Assembly: GCA_951406725.2 (NCBI GenBank)
Contig: OX597816.1
Coordinates: 682,001-746,000, forward strand
Source: Octopus vulgaris
Taxonomy: Eukaryota
Reading direction: 5' to 3'
Length of the DNA stretch: 64,000 nucleotides
Position numbers and translations under genes: made by a program
The notes under the pieces: model-generated
Seen by the model: the letters and a program-made list of their open reading frames with translations, nothing else
Databases searched by the model: none
What the model was told of the DNA's origin: nothing
Shown: piece after piece, positions 54,904-64,000 of the stretch
Numbering within the stretch: position 1 is the first letter of the stretch
Layout: each line of letters starts with the position of its first letter

Positions 54904-55382
54904 ATATATATATACATATTCTTTTATTCTATAATTCTTTTACTTGTTTCGGTCATTTGACTGCAGCCATGTGGGGCACCGCCTTTAGTCAAGAAAATCG
55001 ATTCCTGGACTTATTCTTTATAACCCTAGTACTTATGCTATTGGTCTCTTTTGCCAAACCATTAAGTTACAGGGACATAAACACATGAGCATTGGTTGTC
55101 AAGCAATGTTAGAGAGACAAACACAGACACACAAATACACCCCCCACACACACACACACATACACACACATACCCACACGCACGCACACACACACACACA
55201 TACACACATATATCATCATCATCATCGTTTAACGTCTGCTTTCTGGGTTGGACAATTTGACTGAAGTCTGGCGAACCAGATGGCTGCACCAGGCCCCAAT
55301 CTGATCTGGCAGTGTTTCTACAGCTGGATGCCCTTCCTAACGCCAACCACTCCGAGAGTGTAGAGTCTGAGGGTGTAGTGCA

Positions 55383-55789
55383 TACTCTTTTACTTGTTTC
55401 AGTCATTTGACTGCGGCCATGCTGGAGCACCGCCTTAAGTCGAGCAAATCGACCCCGGGACTTATTCTTTGTAAGCCCAGTACTTATTCTATCGGTCTCT
55501 TTTGCCGAACCGTTAAGTGACAGGGACGTAAACACACCAGCATCAGTTGTCAAGCAATGCTAGAGGGACAAACACAGACACACAAACATATACATACACA
55601 TACATACATATATATATACATATATACGACAGGCTTCTTTCAGTTTCCGTCTACCAAATCCACTCACAAGGCATTGGTCGGCCTGGGGCTATAGCAGAAG
55701 ACACTTGCCCAAGATGCCATGCAGTGGGACTGAACCCAGAACCATGTGGTTGGTAAGCAAGCTACTTACCACACAGCCACTCCTGCACC
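55383..55789 (-). mobile_element. tRNA-derived SINE, main family, full length
   Basis: Same as 18821-19206; partial copies flank it at 54935-55200 and 55790-55910. Confidence 0.92.
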
Positions 55790-55914
55790 TATATATCTTT
55801 GACGGATTTCTTTCAGCTTCCATCTACCAAATCCACTCACAAGGCTTTGGTCAGCCCAAGCCTATAGCAGAAGACACTTGCCCAAGGTGCAACACATGTG
55901 GTTGATAAGCAGGT

Positions 55915-57750
55915 TATAAAAAATTAAAAAAGGGTGTCTTATTACCAATTAGAACCTAAAGGTAAAATTAATAGATGTCACAAAAGCGACAGAGGGTACT
56001 GACAGGCACCGTTTTTGCTAAAGATTAGATTTAAACTAACTCAAAGCCACAAATTCACTGTCTTAAGTGACTGACAAAGGAAGGTAAGTCCCCAACATAC
56101 ATAGTCGGATTGCGATTTCAGATTTTCAGAAATTTCAGAAATATCTGAAGGCTGAGAAAACAATATTAAACTCTGGAGAGAAAAATGTGAAAACAAGGAA
56201 TTAACATCTCTTCAATGGTGGGAGAGAAGTGCTCTTTGGTTCTCCAGTTATGAATCTTATTTCAAAAACAAGTACTCAACTGAGAACCCATTTCTGAAGA
56301 AAGTTAAAATCACAACGATTAATCAAATACCTAAATATGGAAATTATAGTCACCAATTCCATAAGGACAATTCAAGATTACTTCAGCAACAAAATAATCC
56401 AACTAAAAGAATCAAAGTTTTCTTTCTGACTTGACTGAACTCTCCCCCAAACCAAAGACATACACAACGGATAAAAAATATCATCTTAAAATACAATTAC
56501 TTAAAGAAACAACCACAATCCAGAACAACAAATGTCCAAAATGAATACAAAAGAGGACAAGTTAACAGGAAAAAATGTCCTCGGATATATAAATAGTAAT
56601 AAAAAGAAAACTTTAGGAAATCATTTTTTAGATCCAACAGACAGAGTTCTCAACACCAGATGGCACAAACTGGAGATGAGAAGCGGAAGATAATTAACCT
56701 ATCAAAAAAAAAACTCTCTCAGTAGAAGGAATTAATATTTTATCAAAAAGCCTAAAATTTACCCCAACATCACAGCACCCTAACTCCAATGAAATACAGA
56801 ACGATATTTCACAATTCTGCAGAAAACTATGCCTAACAGAGGAACTATATGATCAAGAAAACAGACAAATCAATTGTAAAAAACAGGAGCAATTGCAAGC
56901 CTATGAAAGGTAAGATAAATTTTGTGATTTTATATCTACCTTCCCTAACAAAGGACATCCACACCCTAAAATTAAGCCCAATACCAGTCAAAAGGAATGG
57001 GATATTATAAATGAACTGAAGACCAATAACGGCATTATAATTAAGGCAGCAGATAAGGGAAGTTCTATAGTTATTATGGATATTGAATACTAAAAAAGAG
57101 ATATACTATCTGAATTACAAGATATGATCCACAACTGAAAAGGTAAATGATTACCAAAAATCAAAGACAGTGATGACTAAACTGAACACATTCATTCACA
57201 GACAAACAAAGAATGTGACTACCTAACCCATTTTGATTGCAAGACTAACTACTTCTATGGTCTCCCAAAAATCTATAAGAATCAAATTATTAAGACTGCA
57301 TGTAAAGAACCAACTTCAAGTTGCATAAACATGCAATTTCCCCCCAACCTTAAATTTAGACCAATCATAGCAGGCCCAAACTGTGGAATACACTGACTCA
57401 GCAACTTTTTAGATATATTACTGAAACCTATTTTGAAATACATACCAAGCCTTGTAAGGGACGTCCTGGACCTGTCAAAGCACTCCCTAATACAATGTAA
57501 CAAATGCAACAAGTTCTATGTGGGTAGCACAACAAGACCGTTATATGTCCACATTGAAGAACATCTGAACATGAGAGCCTCCTTTTTCAGAAAACATCTA
57601 GACAGATGCTGGAACACCGACAAAAGCAAAACAGTCACAACTGAAGCCAATGAAACAAATTTGGGAATTAAGGAAGCTATTCTCATAGGCAGACTAGGGC
57701 CCCAAATCAACAACAGGCTGGAGCTTGGCAGTCAATATATTCTCTAGCTA
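55915..57750 (+). mobile_element. Penelope-like element remnant (RT N-part plus GIY-YIG endonuclease, RT core deleted)
   Basis: INLSKK.LS......LSKSLKFTPT, IIIKAADKGSSIVIMD (DKG at 57052-57060), FYGLPKIYK and RPII....LSNFLD.LLKP, followed directly by IQCNKCNKFYVGSTTRPL..HIEEH...KEAILI...P.IN. The 5' boundary is approximate. Confidence 0.9.
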
Positions 57751-58339
57751 CATTTGGATGCATGTAGGGTTTTTTTATGACATGCTCATATATTATGTAT
57801 GATTGATTGATTGATTCTAGTTTCAGCTCATGAGCTGTGGCCATGCTGGGGCACCGGTATCATTTTTTTTTTAAAAAGAGGGGAAGGAAAAAAAGAAAAA
57901 CGAAGAACGAACAAAAAACAGGAAGAAGAAACTGCACTTATAATATATAACTTACAAGCAGCACTACAGATGCACACACGAGCCTGAGACATGGCCACCC
58001 TCATGCACTCCTCACGAGAAATTCCAGAAGGAGCATTGTGAGACCAGTGCAGAGACACTTCCAGAAAAGACAAAAAAAAAAAGAGGAAAGACCATTGGTA
58101 AACCGATTGTGGCAGTGACTCGATCAATCCCTGGGGATATCTGAAGAAGGAATTTCTATGTTCCGAAATATTATATCAGACTATTGATGATTAAATTACA
58201 GCATAGTCCATTGTTGTTATTATAGTGCATTGCTGTGCCATTCAAAATGCATTATTACTATTTACCATTATTACTGTTTATATATATATACACACATATG
58301 CATATACATATATATATATTTATATATATATATATATAT

Positions 58340-59521
58340 AACAAAGTGGAGTTGTAGGGTACCGCACGAGTGGAATTATATACGAAAGATGGTTTGAAAA
58401 TGCAATTTTAAAAGATGTTTATTTACTTTACTGGTTTCACTCTTTGGAAAAAGATTGTCAAAAGTAGCATGTAGAAGTTTGGTTGCGTTAATCATTGGTT
58501 GTTACAAATTGCTACATTACATATATACAGTCTTTGGTAGCAGGGACATGTTAAGGACATAAAAAAGTTCAACAAGTTCCTTAAAATATTGGGCACAAAA
58601 GATTACTACATAAATAATCATTCTCAAGAACATGCTTAAGATAGTTTCCAGAAGGAATTGATATTGGTATTGTATCTGTATATTCAAACACGCACAAAAT
58701 ATTGGTTGACACAGAGTACTACAATCCATATAAATATACATTCTCTGGTGACAAGAGCATGTTGAGAATATAAAAAAGTTTAACAAGCTCATTGAAATAA
58801 TGGGCACAAAAGATTACAACAAATATATTATACATTCTCAAGATAATTTCCAGAAGGAATTATTAAGAAAGTTCAGTAGAATATTGGTATACACGTACAG
58901 AATATTATGAGTTCAAAAAGATTTACATTATAATAGTAGTGAAGCTAAAACTGACCTGTCCACCATGTTAACTTAAAAGAATATTATCTATTATCAGTAG
59001 GTGTGTTTGGGTGGGGGAAAGGAGGAGTAATGTGGAGCTGAAAAGAATTTATCCTTTTTGTCTCTCCTTCAAGCATCAATGATTTAGGGGTCAGGATGGG
59101 GTGAGTGTGTGTGTCTTTGTGTGTGTATATACATATGTGGTGTGAATAGATGTGTCTGTGTGTTTGTAAGATCTGCTAGGATGGTGTGTGTATATGTGTG
59201 TCCGTTTGTCAACCGCGTGTGTGGTTGTCTTGGTGTTGTGTGTGTGTGTGTGTGTGTATGTGTGTGGATGGCATTTGGCATGGTGCTGCTTGTGTATATG
59301 TGTGTCTGTATGGAGGTCAGAATGGTGTGAGTGTGTGTGTCTTTGTGTGTCTTTGTAACATGTCCCTGTTACCAAAGACTATATATATGTAATGTAGTAA
59401 TTTGTAACAACCAATAATTAATGCAACCAAACTTCTACATGTTACTTTTGACAATCTTTTTCCAAAGAGTGAAACCGGTAAAAGAAATAAACATCTTTTA
59501 AAATTGCATTTTCAAACCTTT

Positions 59522-59524
<3 letters not shown>
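58340..59524. mobile_element. Element with ~170-bp inverted arms in (TA)n, hammerhead-like motif in the arms
   Basis: 58383-58553 is inverted relative to 59356-59523. Motif UUGACAA..UCUUU/AAAGA..GAAAC-CG-GUA at 59445-59484. Internal ~210-bp direct duplication. Confidence 0.7.
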
Positions 59525-59566
<42 letters not shown>

Positions 59567-60159
59567 GCATATATATGCACACATATATATATTTTAATAT
59601 TATAAATATGACCCCTAACCAGCCTAAATTATTATACCTCATGAAACCACACTCCACTCTTAAATACTAAATTTAAATATTCCTAATTTTACGAGCTTAC
59701 ATCTTGGTTGTCTCCTTTCCATTATATTTTTAAGGTTTTTGATATGTGTGCCAATTAATACCTTATTTACTAGGAATATTCTGATAAAAAGTTCTTCTAA
59801 ATCCCCTAAATTAATATTCAAAATCTGATAAAGAATAGATAATAATATCTAGGTTATTTGGTTTCTATTTCTCTAAAACAACCCTACCCTCATGATCTTG
59901 GTATGTATTAGAAAGCTTTTTAAATAGATTTTAAATAACGAAGAAGATAATATTTTATAAGTACCAATTAATAAATATAAATTATCATATAAGGAATGAT
60001 AATAACTTTTTCTTAAATCTATAACAGAAACCAAAACTTTTATATAAGTCTTATTAATAATATAACTTTTACCCAATAGCTTGATCATTTCTTTACTCGA
60101 TATTAAACACTAGTCATTCATGACAATTCCCATGATAAGGAAATATCAATTTTAATCTG

Positions 60160-60437
60160 TGGAGATGTACTTGCATAGCGAGTGACTTGATCTGAGATCA
60201 TGTGCTGGAATGAAAACAATTGCAACGTGGAAGGTGTTTATAAGCCATTTAAGAAACACACAAAAACCGTTAGATTCACTTCAACATGATGCAGCATGAA
60301 GTTTTGTCAGCGAACAGGTCGCAGTCTCAAAGCGACGAAAATATTTTGACAAATTAAATTAAAAAGTTGAAGTGAATCTAATGGTTTTTGTATGTTTCTT
60401 AAATGGCTTATAAACACCTTCCACGCTGCAATTGTTA
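60160..60437. mobile_element. Second copy of the 19820-20207 palindromic family
   Basis: Same arms (AACAATTGCA..GTGGAAGGTGTTTATAAGCC...); G3-C8 hammerhead motif at 60303-60353 (+). Confidence 0.8.
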
Positions 60438-61335
60438 ATTTTAATCTAGAAATTATAAAATTATAAGAGATTTTCTTATAGCAGCTTGCCTCACCTATTA
60501 ATATAAATAAGCTAAGTATAATCTATAATAAGTTTATAGAACACAAATCTATTCTACCCCTTATCTATAATATTCTACAATAACTTTATATTTATTTTTC
60601 AATTTACTTATTTAAATCCCTTTATTTTTATTTTAAACCATTTTTTTCTTACTTATTTACCCACTATACCATTTTACTGATAATACATTTCTATTGAGTT
60701 CACACTCAACCTATGAAGAACCATACTGATATATTTCACTATCTATTTTATAATACAAGAAATATATTCTAAAGTTATTAGCATGTAGAAAATATATGAA
60801 AATTTTAACATATTCCTTCAATTTAACTCATTAATACCAATAAATTACTATTTACTAATTAACTATAAATTTATATTAAATTGGTATAGAAACTTATATA
60901 AATATGAAATTATTTCTATATTCTCCATCCCTATATTGTATAAAATACTAAAATTATTCTGATTCTTTGACAAACTCTCTAAAATGTATGTATTTATTTC
61001 AAATTATCATGGGATTATGGCTGTCAAATAGTTAAGTACTGGACCCAAATGGTTTCTACTTCAAAGGGATCTTGATTTATGGCTCTGCCACTTAAACTGT
61101 CTTTTTCTCTATCCATAAAAGATAGATTCTTGTTTGCCACTAGACCTGATAAACTAGTCTTAAACCCCATCCCCCAGTAGTAAATCTAAAGAACAAAGTA
61201 AAATCAATGATAAGCAGTGTTTTCATGGAAATGAAACTTGTTCTCTGTCTACCTACTTACCCTCTTAGTGATTTTGGTTAATGGAATAACTATAAAAAGG
61301 AATCTTTTAAATTTAACTAAATTCTATATTTTTAT

Positions 61336-61422
61336 ACAGCTGAAGATTGCTCTACATTTTAAAACTGATGTAACGATTGCATTGTTCAATTAAATAGAGT
61401 CGCATGAAACGATCGTACTGCA
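61336..61422 (+). ncRNA. Type I hammerhead ribozyme motif with long stem II
   Basis: CAG-CUGAAGA-UUGC...GCAU-GAAAC-GAUC-GUA/CUG; palindromic ACGAUCGU stem III. Confidence 0.65.
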
Positions 61423-61560
61423 TTACCTCTGGATATCCTTGTTGCTTATTTTGATTATAATCACCCCATTTTAAATTATATGGATAATACCATACTAAAT
61501 TCTGGTGCCTTTAACTTAAGTACCATATTCAACTGAATCTATATATATATATATATATAT

Positions 61561-62656
61561 CATCATCATCATCATCATCATCATTTAACGTCCGCTTTCC
61601 ATGCTAGCATGGGTTGGACGGTTCAACTGGGGTCTGGGGAGCCCGAAGGCTGCACCAGGCCAGTCAGATCTGGCAGTGTTTCTACAGCTGGATGCCCTTC
61701 CTAACGCCAACCACTCCGAGAGTGTAGGGTGATTTTATGTGCCACCGACACAGGTCCGACGAGGCTGTATGGTGTTGATTTTATGTGCCACCGACACAGG
61801 TGCCAGACGAGGCTGGCAGACGGCCACGCTCGGATGGTGTTTTTATGTGCCACCGACACAGGTGCCAGATGAGGCTGGCAAACGGCCACGATCGGATGGT
61901 GTTTGTTACATGCCCACAGCACGGAGGCCAGTCGATGCGGTACTGGCTACGGCCACGTTCGGATGGTTTTCTTGTGTGCCACCGGCACTGGTACCACAAA
62001 GATACAAGAAGGAAGGTATGCACAGGTGGACTGACTACGTCCCAGGTAGGGGCCACGGGTTATGGCCTGACTAGTCTTGCCAGGTCTTCGGATGGTGTTT
62101 TTATGTGCCACCGACACAGGTGCCAGATGAGGCTGGCAAACGGCCATGATCGGATGGTGTTTGTTACATGCCCACAGCACGGAGGCCAGTCGATGCGGTA
62201 CTGGCTACGGTCACGTTCGGATGGTTTTCTTGTGTGCCACCGGCACTGGTACCACAAAGATACAAATTCCATTGATGTTCATCTATTTTGATTTGTTTTG
62301 ATTTGATTTGATTTTCACTTGCCTCAACAGGTCTTCACAAGTGTCACAAGAAGGAAGGTATGCACAGGTGGACTGACTACGTCCCAGGTAGGGGCCACGG
62401 GTTATGGCCTGACTAGTCTTGCCAGGTCTTCGGATAGTGTTTTTATGTGCCACCGACACAGGTGCCAGATGAGGCTGGCAAACGGCCACGATCGGATGGT
62501 GTTTGTTACGTGCCCACAGCACGGAGGCCAGACGATGCGGTACTGGCTACGGCCACGTTCGGATGGTTTTCTTGTGTGCCACCGGCACTGGTACCACAAA
62601 GATACAAATTCCATTGATGTTCATCTATTTTGATTTGATTTGATTTGATTTGATTT
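61561..62656 (-). mobile_element. RTE 3'UTR derivative with internal tandem rearrangements
   Basis: (CAT)n tail at 61561; the GGATGGTGTTT..GTACCACAAAGATACAA block occurs three times; (TA)n on both flanks. Confidence 0.9.
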
Positions 62657-62681
62657 ATATATATATATATATATATATATA

Positions 62682-63561
62682 TGGTATGGTCATGTGACGA
62701 GAATGGCTGAAGATAGTTGTGTGCGAAAGTGCCACACCCTAGCAGTTGAGGAAACCTGTGGAAAAGGTAGACCCAGGAAAACCTGGGACGAGGTGGTGAA
62801 GCGCGACCTTCGAACTTTAGGTCTCACCAAGGAAATGACTAGAGACCGAGACCTATGGAAGTATGCTGTGCGTGAGAAGACCCGGCAAGACTAGTGAGAA
62901 CATAACCTGTGGCCTACATACCTTTCCTTCATGGGACACAAAACTCCACTTGTGAAGACCCGTTGAGGCAAGTGAAAATCAAAATCAAAATCAAAATCAA
63001 ACCAAATCAAATGAGATATAAGAAAGCAGAACCAAAATCGAAGTCGATTCAACATCAATGGAAACTGCAGCTGTGGTACCAGTGCCGGTGACAAGTAAGC
63101 GAACCATCCGATCGTGGCCGGTGACAAGTAAGCGAACCATCCGATCGTGGCCGTTGCCAGCGCCGCCCCGACTGGCCTCCGTGCTGGTGGCACGTAAAAG
63201 CACCATCTGTTCGTGTCCGTTGCCAGCCTCGCCTGGCCCCCGTGCCGGTGGCACATAGCACCATCTGTTCATGGCTGTTGCCAGCCTCGCCTGGCCCCTG
63301 TGCTGGTGGCACGTAAAAGCACCATCCGTTCATGGCCGTTTGCCAGCTCCGTCTGGCACCTGTGCGGGTGGCACGTAAAAAGCACCCACTACACTCACGG
63401 AGTGGTTGGCATTAGGAAGGGCATCCAGCCGTAGAAACACTGCCAGATCAGACTGGGCCTGATGCAGCCTTCTGGCTTCACAGACCCCAGTTGAACCATC
63501 CAACCCATGCTAGCATGGAAAGCGGATGCTAAATGTTGATGATGATGATGATGATGATGAT
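62682..63561 (+). mobile_element. RTE 3' fragment (ORF C-terminus plus 3'UTR)
   Basis: WYGHV..MAEDSCVRKC...GRPRKTWDEVVK.DLRTLGL; (GAT)n tail; (TA)n on both flanks. Confidence 0.94.
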
Positions 63562-63685
63562 ATATATATACACATATATATATAATTAATAATAATAATA
63601 TGACAGCAAAAGAATGAATGAGACTGCGATATTATGTAAATAGAGGAGTTTATCTATAAATATAATATAAGACAATCATTTAGTT

Positions 63686-63755
63686 GTCATAATAAAACTC
63701 AAAGTTTCGGATGTCAAGGCTAAAGCCTGCTCGGCATCTCATCAGTTATTAAGAC
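63686..63755 (-). ncRNA. Type I hammerhead ribozyme motif, canonical core
   Basis: GUCUUAAUAA-CUGAUGA-GAUG...CAUC-C-GAAAC-UUUGA-GUU/UUAUUAUGAC. Stem I pairs at 9 of 10 positions and stem II is extended. Confidence 0.75.
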
Positions 63756-63771
63756 AAACTCTATAAGACGT

Positions 63772-64000
63772 ACCTAGTGTAAGCTATGGACACATAAGAG
63801 ATGCAGCAATATCAAAGGAAGGCTAACTAGGAAAATAGTTTTTGTATGTGGCAGATGCTCAGGAGCAATAAATAACACTGAAAATGTGCAGAGAACAACT
63901 TCCACCACATTCCAGGGAGAAAAGCTAGAAGTAGTTGATAACTTCCGAGACCTAGGCGACAAAGTCAGTAGCAGGGTTGGCTGCACTGAAAGTGTAGCTG
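63772..64000 (+). mobile_element. RTE fragment running off the window
   Basis: CKLWTHKRCSNIKGRLTRK.VFVCGRC...EKLEVVDNF.DLGD.VSS. Confidence 0.9.

Overview
Repeat-dense, AT-rich animal genomic DNA; the repeat families suggest a cephalopod (Octopus-like) genome, which is inference only. One protein-coding gene is well supported: the 5' part of DERA (deoxyribose-phosphate aldolase) on the minus strand. Its six GT-AG exons run from the ATG at 23934 to 76 and splice in frame to 213 codons; the remaining exons lie left of the window. Almost everything else is transposon-derived: many RTE-clade LINE copies and short 3'-end derivatives with (GAT)n tails, tRNA-derived SINEs, CR1, L1/Tx1-like and CRE-like LINE remnants, mariner remnants, Merlin-like TIR elements with 8-bp TSDs, and Penelope-like pieces. 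The least obvious signal is a set of hammerhead-ribozyme motifs, several inside palindromic or (TA)n-flanked elements. They include canonical C3-G8 cores, compensatory G3-C8 cores and probable U3-A8 cores. One G3-C8 motif sits at the centre of a 4.4-kb nested foldback in DERA intron 1. No prokaryotic systems or CRISPR arrays were found.
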